Positions 19,422 through 29,607 of a stretch of 64,000 bases of DNA are shown piece after piece (position 1 is the first letter of the stretch; every line of letters starts with the position of its first letter). Source of the DNA: Armatimonadota bacterium (GTDB taxonomy: Bacteria > Armatimonadota > UBA5829 > DSUL01). The stretch covers positions 160,001 to 224,000 of the forward strand of contig JBDHZC010000001.1 of assembly GCA_039811685.1 (NCBI GenBank), read 5' to 3'. The notes under the pieces are model-generated. The model made no database searches. It saw nothing but the letters and a program-made list of their open reading frames with translations, and was not told the origin of the DNA. The translations under genes were made by a program, and so were the position numbers.

Positions 19422-20138
19422 CTAGCGACGTCGCAGAGCGCCTGCGAAACCGGCGACTCCCATGGCCAGCGCCAGCAGTGAAGTTGGCTCGGGCACGACG
19501 ACCAGATCATCAACAGCCATCCCGGCGTTGTTTCCGCCTTTGTAGATGCGGAGACTGTTTCCCTTCACGTGACCTGCGTGGAAGAAACCGAGATTCGGGG
19601 CAAACGGTGTATCATTGATCAGCAATGACCACGTCCGGCTCGAATAATCCATTACACTGGTAAACTTGTACCACTCTCCAAGTGTGTAGGAGGTTGCCGA
19701 ATTGGTCCAGGCTCCGCCGTTGTTGTAGGCTATCACGCCGCTTCGGAATCCGAACAGAGCGCTCCGTTTACTGGCGCTATTGTCCTCCTCGATGGCGAAC
19801 CACGTACCTGTGCTGTCAGTGGAGTCACCCGGCATCATCCAGACATCAATCTTCAGAATACTTGCGGTAACAGGTGCAAAACTGTGGAGCAAAGCAATGG
19901 CGACTTTGCCTCCGGCCGCCGGTTGCTGAAGTCCAAGCGCCTGAAGGCCGCTATGGACGTAAGTAGTCTGAACTGGGACTTGATCTGGCGAACCTGTCGT
20001 CTGAGTCCATCCGTCAACGCCAACTACCGGCGATCCGGCTGTATAGGCGGGCGGTTCGAACCCCGTCGAATATTGAGCTGAAGCCGGCGCAACACAAGCC
20101 GCAAGCGCCAATGCCGTCAGTACGGGAAATACCCTCAT
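19422..20138 (-). CDS. PEP-CTERM protein
   Basis: Signal peptide, C-terminal VPEPTSLLALAMGVAGFAGALRRR, RBS AAGGAG. Confidence 0.9.
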   Translation of the reverse strand: MRVFPVLTALALAACVAPASAQYSTGFEPPAYTAGSPVVGVDGWTQTTGSPDQVPVQTTYVHSGLQALGLQQPAAGGKVAIALLHSFAPVTASILKIDVWMMPGDSTDSTGTWFAIEEDNSASKRSALFGFRSGVIAYNNGGAWTNSATSYTLGEWYKFTSVMDYSSRTWSLLINDTPFAPNLGFFHAGHVKGNSLRIYKGGNNAGMAVDDLVVVPEPTSLLALAMGVAGFAGALRRR

Positions 20139-20250
20139 CTTTTTCTCCTTCTCGTCGCACGTCTGTTCTAGCCAGACGCTGTCATCTCAAAGCCTTGTCG
20201 TAGCAAAGCTTTCGGCAGAACCACACGAAACTTTGTGGAAACCTAATAAT

Positions 20251-20279
20251 AGTGTATGCTCAGTTGGTGGCCTTGTCAA
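20251..20279 (-). promoter_or_regulatory. sigma70-type promoter
   Basis: Minus strand TTGACA-N17-TACACT. Confidence 0.65.
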
Positions 20280-20288
20280 CCTATTTTG

Positions 20289-20302
20289 TGTAACCGGTTG
20301 CA
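20289..20302. promoter_or_regulatory. LacI-family-like operator
   Basis: Near-palindrome TGTAACCGGTTGCA with central CG, in a divergent promoter region. Confidence 0.5.
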
Positions 20303-20617
20303 TAAACTGGCACATGGGCTTTAGAATTGAGTGTAAACTCGCTTTTGGCCAGGTCCAGCGTTTGCCACCGCGCCTGTTGCGTGTGGTAGACTTTTTGTAT
20401 GGGCATACGTTTTCGCTTGCTGGATATGGTTTGCTCCTTGCCCTTTGGAATCGTGTGCCACGGCAAGGGTGCGGTATTTTGCCGGCAGCGGGTCTCTGTG
20501 ACGTGACGCCATGACTGTTCCTGGAGAATGAGCAGGAAGGTGATGCCGGCGTATTCTGGGGATGGCCAGTTTTTCAGGCCAGACCAATGGGACTGCAGAT
20601 AAGGAAAGGAGGATAGC

Positions 20618-23434
20618 GTGCGCTTCCTCAGTTTTTTGGTGGCTTTTGCCTGCGTGGGTGTTCTGGCTTCACTGGCCAGCGCCCAGACTATCGATGATTT
20701 TGAGAGCGGTGATCTGAGCGCTTGGAACGTGAAGGCGCCGTACTACACAGCGCTGAGCATCTCAAGCCCTGGAGCGTCCGGATCTACCCGCGCTCTGGCG
20801 ATTACGGAGATCCCCGGTGGTCAGGGCGCCCACAGCCTCAATGCCCTGGCCCATCGAGCTTTCGAGACTCCACAGGACTGGACATCCGCTCAGACTCTGG
20901 AGATGGATGCCGATATCAGCGGCGGTGAATGGAACGGGTATTCCATCCGTCTCTACAATGACAACGGTAGCGTATTGCTACGCGGGATTCACTCTGACAG
21001 CTCGGTCAGCGGCTTCCGTACGATTCAGTTCAACCTTGCCAGTGTGCCCAGAGATCAGGTCACAGAGATCATTTTCTACGTGAACAAGACTGGGCAAAGC
21101 GCCGGACAGACGCTATCGCTCGACAACATTCGCCTCTCTGGCACTCCTGCAAGTATTCCGGCAACGCGGATACTGGAGAACTTCTCTGCGGGCGCAGCAA
21201 ACTGGACATCTGGGGGCATACCGGCATTCGTGACACTTTCATCGATCGCGGATAACTCGCCCTCAGACTCCTCTAGCCCTGCAGCCGCTCTTCAGTCTGT
21301 CCTTGCCGCCAAGTCCTCCTCAGCTCTGTTCCGTTGGGACCCACCGCAGACCATGGACTGGTACGACTACAAGACACTGGAGTTTGACGTCAAGCTGCCG
21401 ACGGGTACGACGACTGACGGATTTTCCGTCAAACTTTACAACGCCAGCACAGGTGTGCGGCTCAAGAAGTTCATCCCTCAGACGGGCTATGTCACCTGCC
21501 AGATTGACGTGAGCTCTGTGGAACGGGATCAGATTAACGAGGTACTGTTCTATGTCAACCGTATGAGCGCTTACGACCCCACGGCCGTTCCGGCCAAGCC
21601 ACAGACCCTGGTTGTTGACAACATTCGACTAACCAATAACGCCGTTCCCGCAAGCCCTAACGTGATCTTCCTTCACGATATGGACAATGGCGATCTCTCA
21701 CCCTGGGACCGTGTGTTCAACACCGCCATTTCTCTAGGGACGGACGCGGTCAGCGCTCCTTACTCTCTGGAGTCAATGTTGACCGGGACTTCATTATCGG
21801 CCTACGTGCGCGAAGATTTCCTGTACAACAACGCGCCGTCGATGGACTGGGAGGATTACAACTCACTGATCTTTGATGCGAAGGTTGTAAAAGGAGATCC
21901 GGATGCGCCGAATTATCCGGTCGGTTTCTCCGCGACCGTTGTGAATGGCGGCGTACTTGTTCCTAACGGTCCTGGCACTTCGGGTCCAGGCGGCGGGCCG
22001 CTCTGGTTCTATCCGTCCGGATATGATCAGTGGGAGACGATGTCACTGGATATCTCCAAAATGGACGTTGACCAGGTTTCCTGGATCTGGTGGTATCAGA
22101 ACCGTAGCGCCCGCAATGATTACAGTGTTACTACGGGCCAGGGACAGGTGCTCAAACTTGACAACATTCGAGTTTCGAAGGAACCGGCGCCTCCGCTTGT
22201 GACCAACGATCCGAATGTGGATGACTTTGAGGACGGTCAGATTCCGGACTGGTACTACACCAGCATGCATACCGACGGGCAGACGGGAGAAGTCCGCAGG
22301 GGTGTCACTACAGAGTTGACCACAGATGCCGCTTCTGGCCACTATGCCCTTACCATGACCTGTAACACGCCGCCTGGAAGCTCATCGGCTTATGGACGGA
22401 AGACAATGCAGGCAAACTGGAGCAGCTACAAAACGCTGATCTTTGATGCCAAAGTGGCAGCCTCTAACACCAGCGAGGGCTTCAGCGTCACGCTGCGCTC
22501 CTTTACGAATTACGCCCCTAAGCACGAGTTCCGTCCGACGAATCAGTGGCAGACATTCCAGATAGATATCTCCAACGACAAAGCCGGCACAACCGATGCG
22601 CGCGCGGAGGTCATAGGGCTGCTCTTCTACGTCAACGGACCGGACAGCTACGGCATTTCACAGAATGGCGCTCAGAAGCTGTATCTTGACAATATCCGTC
22701 TGAGCACCCAGGCGATGCAGACCAACTTCGACACCATTGGTGAGGCTAAGGCAGTAGCCGACGGTCAGGTGGTGAATCTAAGTGGCAAAGTGAGCTCTGG
22801 CAGCTTTAGCAGTATCTTCCCTGACAAAGCAGCCGCCAGCAATCTGCGTCCAGTGTTCTTCCTGATTGAGCCGGATCGCAGCTCCGCGCTTCCTGTAGTC
22901 ATTGGAACTGCCGCCGGACTTCCTTCTGACGTCCCGGAAGGCAATATTGTGGACGTCAGTGGTGTACTGTCCACGAGCTTTGGTGTACGCTATCTTTACG
23001 CAACAGCCATCACTATCAAAGGCAGCGGCGCAGCCATACCGGACCCGCTCGGCATGGTTAACAAAGCCGTAGGAAGCGGGCCTGTCGCGCTGGACCAGGG
23101 TGTTCCGGACTTCTTCGGTCTTGAGACACAGGGACATCTGGTTGAAGTGACGGGCAAAGTACTGTCTGTCGGCTCTGACGGCGTCAGCAAGTACTGGATG
23201 TACATCGACGACGGCTCCGGAGTGACAGCGGATAACGGAGGTGTCGGAGTCAAGGTGTACGACTGGAGCGGTACAAAGGCTACGCAGGCTAACGTCGGGC
23301 GCTTCGCGACTGTGACGGGCTTTGTTATGAACGATCCTGAGATCGACCCGCAGACTTCAAAGCCGACAGGGAAGGCTATCAGAGCCATCTGGCCAAAGAA
23401 GGAGTTGGTCAACCCCATTCAGATAGTCAACTGA
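20618..23434 (+). CDS. Large secreted protein with four CBM-like repeats and C-terminal tandem OB-like module
   Basis: Signal peptide; four repeats with DW..Y.TL.FD.K, GFS..L and LDNIR; RBS AAAGGAGG. Confidence 0.82.
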   Translation: MRFLSFLVAFACVGVLASLASAQTIDDFESGDLSAWNVKAPYYTALSISSPGASGSTRALAITEIPGGQGAHSLNALAHRAFETPQDWTSAQTLEMDADISGGEWNGYSIRLYNDNGSVLLRGIHSDSSVSGFRTIQFNLASVPRDQVTEIIFYVNKTGQSAGQTLSLDNIRLSGTPASIPATRILENFSAGAANWTSGGIPAFVTLSSIADNSPSDSSSPAAALQSVLAAKSSSALFRWDPPQTMDWYDYKTLEFDVKLPTGTTTDGFSVKLYNASTGVRLKKFIPQTGYVTCQIDVSSVERDQINEVLFYVNRMSAYDPTAVPAKPQTLVVDNIRLTNNAVPASPNVIFLHDMDNGDLSPWDRVFNTAISLGTDAVSAPYSLESMLTGTSLSAYVREDFLYNNAPSMDWEDYNSLIFDAKVVKGDPDAPNYPVGFSATVVNGGVLVPNGPGTSGPGGGPLWFYPSGYDQWETMSLDISKMDVDQVSWIWWYQNRSARNDYSVTTGQGQVLKLDNIRVSKEPAPPLVTNDPNVDDFEDGQIPDWYYTSMHTDGQTGEVRRGVTTELTTDAASGHYALTMTCNTPPGSSSAYGRKTMQANWSSYKTLIFDAKVAASNTSEGFSVTLRSFTNYAPKHEFRPTNQWQTFQIDISNDKAGTTDARAEVIGLLFYVNGPDSYGISQNGAQKLYLDNIRLSTQAMQTNFDTIGEAKAVADGQVVNLSGKVSSGSFSSIFPDKAAASNLRPVFFLIEPDRSSALPVVIGTAAGLPSDVPEGNIVDVSGVLSTSFGVRYLYATAITIKGSGAAIPDPLGMVNKAVGSGPVALDQGVPDFFGLETQGHLVEVTGKVLSVGSDGVSKYWMYIDDGSGVTADNGGVGVKVYDWSGTKATQANVGRFATVTGFVMNDPEIDPQTSKPTGKAIRAIWPKKELVNPIQIVN

Positions 23435-23458
23435 CACTCTCCCGCCAGTAATATGCTC

Positions 23459-23495
23459 GAGGCCCTCACGCTATCAGGGGTGGGGGCCTCTTTTT
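23459..23495 (+). terminator. Intrinsic terminator
   Basis: GAGGCCCTCAC..GTGGGGGCCTC-TTTTT. Confidence 0.7.
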
Positions 23496-23522
23496 AGGTC
23501 CTGAACTCAGGCTCAGCCTGGC

Positions 23523-24125
23523 TCAGTGTAGATGACAGGTATCATTGAGGACTTTGAGCGTTGGCTGTTCGCCCAGCTCCACGTTGGAGAGACTCGCGTT
23601 GGCCACGTGAATGCTCAGATAGGCGTGCACAGGCAACTGCAGCGCCGAGCAGATCACTCCGCTGATTGATCCAATGTGCCCGACGGCTATAACTGTCTCC
23701 GAAGGTCTGTGATTGCGGTGTAGCTCAGCGAGGAAGCGTCCACAGCGAAGAATGACATCTTCAAAGCGCTCTGCGCCGGGTGGCCGGTGCTCAATCGGAT
23801 TGCCTCTCCAAAGCGCGTATTCACTCGGATAGGCGCGTTTGAACTCATCATCCGTCAAGCCTTGTGCCTCGCCCAGGTGGCATTCACGCAGTAGCGGACT
23901 CAGCTTTACTTCAAGTCCGTGGTGGCCCGCAATTGGCGCGGCGGTGTTTCGAGCGCGCTCCAGATCGCTGCTGTAAACCGCGCAGACTGGTTCAGCGGCC
24001 AGACGCACTGCGACAGCGCGCGCCTGTTGATGTCCAAGCGGCGTTAGTGGCGAGTCAATCTGGCCCTGGATGAAGCCTGCAATGTTGGACTCACACTGCC
24101 CATGCCGCACGAGATAAAGGGTCAC
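23523..24125 (-). CDS. Histidine phosphatase (phosphoglycerate mutase family)
   Basis: LVRHGQ, YSSDLERARNTA, LRECHLG, VGH, NASLS, LNDTCHL. Confidence 0.92.
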   Translation of the reverse strand: MTLYLVRHGQCESNIAGFIQGQIDSPLTPLGHQQARAVAVRLAAEPVCAVYSSDLERARNTAAPIAGHHGLEVKLSPLLRECHLGEAQGLTDDEFKRAYPSEYALWRGNPIEHRPPGAERFEDVILRCGRFLAELHRNHRPSETVIAVGHIGSISGVICSALQLPVHAYLSIHVANASLSNVELGEQPTLKVLNDTCHLH

Positions 24126-24134
24126 AGCCTCGTA

Positions 24135-26522
24135 CTATCCCTCGCTCCAGCGCCATTCGTTCACTTCTTGCATGTCCTCGCCGTTTTCCCTGATGTAAGA
24201 CTTGTGCAATGCCAGCTTCTCATTGAACATGTCTATGACAGCGCCTGCCTGTGACCTCAGTCTTGGCACACGGCGCAGGGCTTCGGCCGCGAGGTGAAAA
24301 CGGCTCATGCCGTTCACGACAACCATGTCAAACGGTGTTGTAGTCGTACCCTCTTCCTGATAGCCCCGCACGTGAAAGCGCTCTGGATTTGGACGGTGGT
24401 GGATGAGTTCATGAATGACCTTCGGGTACCCGTGGAAGCCGAATACAACCGGAGCGTCCTCCATAAAGATGTCGGCAAACGCTTGCTCATCCAGTCCGTG
24501 CGGGTGGTCACGATGAGACTCCAGTGTGAGCAAATCGACTATATTTACCACCCTCACTCTCAGATTGGGAATCTCCTGGCGAAGGTACCAGGCTGCAGCA
24601 ATCACCTCCAGTGTTGGCACATCTCCAGCCGCAGCAAGAATTACGTCCGGGCGACCCTCGTCGTTAGAAGCCCACTGCCAGACCGAGGCGCCCCGAGCGC
24701 AGTGTTCACAGGCAGCCTTCATGTCAAGCCACTGCAAGGTCGGTTGTTTGGAAGCGATAACAAGGTTCACATAATCGCGTGTGCCCAGACAGTGGTCCAT
24801 TACCGAAAGCAGGCAGTTAGCGTCCGGCGGCAGATATATGCGCACGACGCTGCTCTTTTTCGTGAGCAGTGTGTTTATGAAGCCGGGTCCCTGATGGCTG
24901 TAGCCGTTGTGATCCTGTCTCCACGCGTGTGATGTCAGCAGGTAGTTGAGCGATGCGATAGGCTTACGCCAAGGCGTCTCCCTTGAGACTTTCAGCCACT
25001 TTGCGTACTGGTTGACCATGCTGTCAACGATGGTGATGAAGGCTTCATAGCACGGGAACAACCCATGGCGGCCCGTCAACAGATAGCCCTCCAGCCACCC
25101 TTCACACAGGTGTTCACTCAGAATCTCCATTACGCGGCCGCTGCGTGAAAGGTACTCGTCTGTATCTACCGTTGGCCATTGCCACACGCGCGCTGTCGTC
25201 TCAAAGACGCTGGTGAGACGGTTGGACGTTGTCTCATCTGGACAGACGATTCGGAAGTTTCGGTTGGTTTCGTTTTGGACAAAAACGTCGCGCAGGAACT
25301 CACCCAGCACCTTCGTAGCTTCAGCCTGGGTAGCTCCTGGCTCTGAAACTTCAACATCGTAATCCCGGAAGTCCGGCAAGATTAGAGGTTCCAGAACGCC
25401 TCCACCATTTGCGTGTGGGTTCATTCCGATGCGTAACTCATCCGGAGGACAAGCTCGAATCACAGCCTGTGCCGGGCTTCCATTCTCACCGAAGAGCTCT
25501 TCCGGTTTGTAGGAACGAAGCCATTTCTCCAGTTCCCTCAAGTGCCCAGGGTTGGTCTTAGGATTTGCGATAGGCACCTGATGAGAGTGAAAAGTGTCTT
25601 CGATCGCTTGCCCATCCAGCTCCTTCGGCCCTGTCCAGCCTTTCGGTGAGCGCAGGACCATCATGGGCCATTTCGGGCGCTCCAATCGCTCGCCGCCTCG
25701 CGCCCGTGCCTGTAATGAGCGAATTTCTGCGTAAGCCTGATCCATGGTCTGCCACATCGCAGCGTGAGGATTCGGCGCCGTGTAGCAGTTGACGATGTGC
25801 ACGCTGTAGCCGTATCCTTCAAACAAAGATGTCAACTCTTCGTCAGTCATTCGGGCGAAGATGGTCGGCCCGGAAAGCTTGTAACCGTTGACATCCAGAA
25901 TCGGTAGAACCGCGCCATCTGTCGCTGGGTTAAGAAATTTATTTGAGTGCCAGCTCGCGGCAATAGGGCCTGTTTCTGCCTCTCCGTCTCCCATAACACA
26001 CGCGACAATGAGATCGGGATTGTCTAGAGCTGCGCCAAAGGCGTGGGACAGGCTGTAGCCCAGTTCGCCTCCTTCGTGAATAGTGCCCGGAGTGCTGGCG
26101 GCCAGATGGCTCGGCAGACCTTCCGGCCAGGAGAAGCTCTGAAGAAGGCGTGTAAGTCCGGATCTGTCACGCGAGAGCTCCGGGTAGTACTCGGCAAGCG
26201 TTCCCTCCAGCCACATCGTCGCCAAAATCGCGGGCGCACCGTGCCCGGGACCCACCACCAGGAGAACGCTGGACGCGGTATCCTGGATCAGACGATTGAG
26301 ATGGGCGTAGACAAAAGTGAGTCCCGGCACGGTTCCCCAGTGCCCCAGCAGCCGCGCCTTGATGTCGTCAGCTGTAAGTTTTCTCTCCAGGAGTACATTA
26401 CTCCGCAGATAAAGCTGTGCAGCGCCCAGGTAGTTAGCCGCTCGCCAGTAAGATTGCAGATCGTCCAACCGATCTGTCATTGCCTTTGTCTGCAATGTTT
26501 CCGCAGTCTGTGCCATGGTCAA
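24135..26522 (-). CDS. xfp: Phosphoketolase (XFP family)
   Basis: LGHWGT, GPGHG, HEGGELGYSL, GDGEAETG, WRQDHNGYSHQGPG, EEGTTTTPFDM. Confidence 0.95.
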   Translation of the reverse strand: MTMAQTAETLQTKAMTDRLDDLQSYWRAANYLGAAQLYLRSNVLLERKLTADDIKARLLGHWGTVPGLTFVYAHLNRLIQDTASSVLLVVGPGHGAPAILATMWLEGTLAEYYPELSRDRSGLTRLLQSFSWPEGLPSHLAASTPGTIHEGGELGYSLSHAFGAALDNPDLIVACVMGDGEAETGPIAASWHSNKFLNPATDGAVLPILDVNGYKLSGPTIFARMTDEELTSLFEGYGYSVHIVNCYTAPNPHAAMWQTMDQAYAEIRSLQARARGGERLERPKWPMMVLRSPKGWTGPKELDGQAIEDTFHSHQVPIANPKTNPGHLRELEKWLRSYKPEELFGENGSPAQAVIRACPPDELRIGMNPHANGGGVLEPLILPDFRDYDVEVSEPGATQAEATKVLGEFLRDVFVQNETNRNFRIVCPDETTSNRLTSVFETTARVWQWPTVDTDEYLSRSGRVMEILSEHLCEGWLEGYLLTGRHGLFPCYEAFITIVDSMVNQYAKWLKVSRETPWRKPIASLNYLLTSHAWRQDHNGYSHQGPGFINTLLTKKSSVVRIYLPPDANCLLSVMDHCLGTRDYVNLVIASKQPTLQWLDMKAACEHCARGASVWQWASNDEGRPDVILAAAGDVPTLEVIAAAWYLRQEIPNLRVRVVNIVDLLTLESHRDHPHGLDEQAFADIFMEDAPVVFGFHGYPKVIHELIHHRPNPERFHVRGYQEEGTTTTPFDMVVVNGMSRFHLAAEALRRVPRLRSQAGAVIDMFNEKLALHKSYIRENGEDMQEVNEWRWSEG

Positions 26523-26756
26523 TCTCCGTTCACTCTCATTATCGAGACGGTCGAATTCGCCCGCCCAAAGGCGTCCTGTGGCTCTTCACAAGCATACCCG
26601 TTGCTTATTAAGACAAACTGCGGCACGCAGACACGAAATCCTGCTCAAGACCAGGCCATTTGCGGGAATACCCATGGCAGGGTAGAGTGCGGCAGAATTG
26701 ATTGAAGAAGGAGAGTTGATTTCGCCATAATTGTTCGGGATGACAAGCAACGCAGG

Positions 26757-28223
26757 ATGACAGAAAGCCCCGTCAACGTTTCTCGGCTGCCGTTCCGTAT
26801 GGAACCAGACGCCAGCCGCGTTATTACGCGCTTCTTCGGTTGGCAGGAAGAGCCACGCAACATTCGCCGTATTGAGCGAGTGCTGGAAATTCCCGAGGAA
26901 GAGGTTCTCTCCGAAGTGACTGTACTGGAAGAGCAGTACGGCGCCCAGCATCCGGATATCGTACCTATCTGGTTAGAGCACTTTGGCCGTATTGCGCACC
27001 TGGTCCCAAGCACCGAAGCCAGTCTGACCGATGCGCGCAAGCTCCTCATTGGCGCTTACTTCACAATGGAGTACGCCATTGAGTCCGCCGCTCTGTTCAA
27101 CCCTTCCATCATCGCTACGCGCGATCAGGAAAATCTACCAGAAGGCTCGACGCGATTCTTGATGAGCCTGCGTGCGACTGGTGAGGGGCACCTGTCCTCC
27201 ATTGTCTTCCGTCACGGCGTTATTGACAGAGACAACCACATTACTATAGACGAGCCGCCTAAGACGCAGCGACCTCTTCGCGGAGTCTCTGACGCTCTGT
27301 TCAGCACGCGGCGCTTCCGGCGAATCCTTGGCGACATCGGCGCTCTCGATGCGTTTCAGGAGAGAGTGCTCGACAGAGTAGGCGATGAGTTCAGCCTGCA
27401 CGAGCTTAACGAAGCGCTGGAATCCGAACGCAACGCGGAACCACTGCCCAGCGCCTGGCAGCAGAGCGCGGAAAACATGCTCACGCTCGCCAAGTCCAAC
27501 TACCGCCTTCTGATTCCTCCCGATGCAGACCCGGCAGGGATGGTTATCTTTCCACGATCCGACAATGAGAGCCGCGGCATTGAAGACCTGAGGCTGGTGC
27601 AGTTCGTGGAGGATGATGGGAGTGTCATTCTCTACGGTACTTACACGGCTTTCAACGGATTTGTGACATTCCCGACACTGATGGAGAGCCGGGACCCGCG
27701 CTTCATCGACATCCACGTTCTTGCCGGGCGCTATGCTCTGAATAAGGGCATGGCGTTGTTTCCGCGGCGGATCAACGGCAAGTACATTATGTCTGGCAGA
27801 CTTGACGGAGAATCTCTCTACATACTGGAATCGAACAACGTCCTTGTCTGGAACGAAGGGCGGTTGGCGCAGGAACCAAAGTACTCCTGGGAACTCTCAC
27901 TCATCGGCAACTGCGGCTCGCCAATAGAAACGTCTGAAGGATGGCTTCTGCTGACACACGGCGTTGGGCCGATGCGCCAGTACTGCATTGGAGCGACGTT
28001 GCTAGATCTGGACGATCCCGCGAAAGTCATCGGCCGCCTCAAGAACCCGCTGATCATGCCGACGGGACACGAACGCATTGGGTATGTCCCCAACGTGGTT
28101 TACACATGTGGGGCTCTTGTCCACCACGAATCTCTGGTCATCCCCTACGCCATGAGCGACATGGTCACCACGTTTGCTCTGGTAAATCTGGAAGAGCTTC
28201 TCTATTCCCTGAAACGTGATTAG
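26757..28223 (+). CDS. Glycoside hydrolase family 130 protein (long form)
   Basis: EYAIESAALFNPS, GIEDLRL, NKGMALFPR, GNCGSP, GYVPNVVYTCG. Confidence 0.85.
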   Translation: MTESPVNVSRLPFRMEPDASRVITRFFGWQEEPRNIRRIERVLEIPEEEVLSEVTVLEEQYGAQHPDIVPIWLEHFGRIAHLVPSTEASLTDARKLLIGAYFTMEYAIESAALFNPSIIATRDQENLPEGSTRFLMSLRATGEGHLSSIVFRHGVIDRDNHITIDEPPKTQRPLRGVSDALFSTRRFRRILGDIGALDAFQERVLDRVGDEFSLHELNEALESERNAEPLPSAWQQSAENMLTLAKSNYRLLIPPDADPAGMVIFPRSDNESRGIEDLRLVQFVEDDGSVILYGTYTAFNGFVTFPTLMESRDPRFIDIHVLAGRYALNKGMALFPRRINGKYIMSGRLDGESLYILESNNVLVWNEGRLAQEPKYSWELSLIGNCGSPIETSEGWLLLTHGVGPMRQYCIGATLLDLDDPAKVIGRLKNPLIMPTGHERIGYVPNVVYTCGALVHHESLVIPYAMSDMVTTFALVNLEELLYSLKRD

Positions 28224-28287
28224 GCCGTAGCCGGACTCTCAGGGTTGGTGTATCCTTCAGGCAACATACAGCCGCGACGTTAGCGGT

Positions 28288-29235
28288 GTGGCAGGGAGGA
28301 TGACTTTGGCACGACCACTGAGCAAACTTGCGCCGGACTGGTGGGACTTTACCACTGTTGATCAGGAAATTCTGGACGAAGCGGCCCGGCTGACGCCAGA
28401 AGATCTGCAGGGCTTGTCCCGTCCGGGGTTTCAGGTGTTTATCTACGAGACTCTCGAGGATTTCTACCTGGCTGAAGCGCTCGAGTACATCACTGCCTGG
28501 AAGCAGGCCACTCCCGATCAGCCGGTGGGTGTGTGTGGCCCTATCGGCCCGACCGAGCAGCTCCCACTCGTAGCGCGTCTGGTGAATGAGCTCGATCTCG
28601 ACCTCAAGAATGCCCACTTCTGGGGGATGGATGAATGGGTGATTGATGGCAAGGAAGTTCCGCCCTCTCACCCTCTGTCATTTGCCAGAGCCGACCGCGC
28701 GCTTTGCTTTGACCGCATCAGGCGCGAACTGGCGATGCCCGATGCAAACCTGCACTTTCCTGAAGCGGACCCGAGGGATTTCGTCAAGAGCTGGGACGGC
28801 GTTCGCTGTGCTGTTATGCAGGGGGGACAGGGAGATATCAAGCACTGGGCTTTCAACGATCCGGTGCGCCGGGGTGATCAGTACAAAGATCAGCCGCCGT
28901 CGCCTGAAGAATACCTCAAACTGAGTACCCGCGTCGTTGATCTGCATCCCGTAACCATTATGCAAAATGCGCGTACATCTGGAGGAGGTAAGGTTGACCT
29001 TGTCCCGAGCCAGGCTGTGACGGTGGGTCCGGTTCAGACGTGGCAGGCGGAGAAGGTGTCAATCTGGCACGCGGGCACGCACGACAATGCGTTTGGCCAG
29101 CGGCTGACGGCGCTGATGATCTCTCAGAAGATTGCGGACAGCGCTGTGCCAATGTCGCTGCTGGCATTGCACGCAAATGTCCAGTTTAATTACTACCGCA
29201 AAGGCATCGGGACGTGCGATGTCGAAATGCACTGA
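28288..29235 (+). CDS. Glucosamine-6-phosphate isomerase/deaminase-like protein (NagB fold)
   Basis: [30 protein letters not shown]; the true start may be ATG 28300. Confidence 0.7.
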   Translation: MAGRMTLARPLSKLAPDWWDFTTVDQEILDEAARLTPEDLQGLSRPGFQVFIYETLEDFYLAEALEYITAWKQATPDQPVGVCGPIGPTEQLPLVARLVNELDLDLKNAHFWGMDEWVIDGKEVPPSHPLSFARADRALCFDRIRRELAMPDANLHFPEADPRDFVKSWDGVRCAVMQGGQGDIKHWAFNDPVRRGDQYKDQPPSPEEYLKLSTRVVDLHPVTIMQNARTSGGGKVDLVPSQAVTVGPVQTWQAEKVSIWHAGTHDNAFGQRLTALMISQKIADSAVPMSLLALHANVQFNYYRKGIGTCDVEMH

Positions 29236-29607
29236 GCAGGGAGTCTCTCTGTGTCGGGCTGGCCAAAACCCGGCCGCTTACAGCGGCGATTGTGTGCCAG
29301 ACTGAGAAACCGCCGCGCGGGAAAGGGTTAGTATGAAGACTGTACGCGGATGGCTGTTTGCTCTGGGAGTTTTGCTGGCGCTGCGATGGCCATCTGGGCT
29401 GTTAGTGCGCTCTTCAAGTGAGTCTGCGCGCGCTGATAGTCTGCCGGGTGAGACACCTGGGGAACATAACGTGGTCCTCTTTCAGCCGGTGCTCTTGCCT
29501 CTCGGATGCCTGCACTCAGAGCGGTCTTTCATGCCTGGTGGAGTTGTCAAAGTGAAGACTCCGAGAGATGCGCTGCGCGCAACTTACACTGTGTTGAAAG
29601 CTGACTC

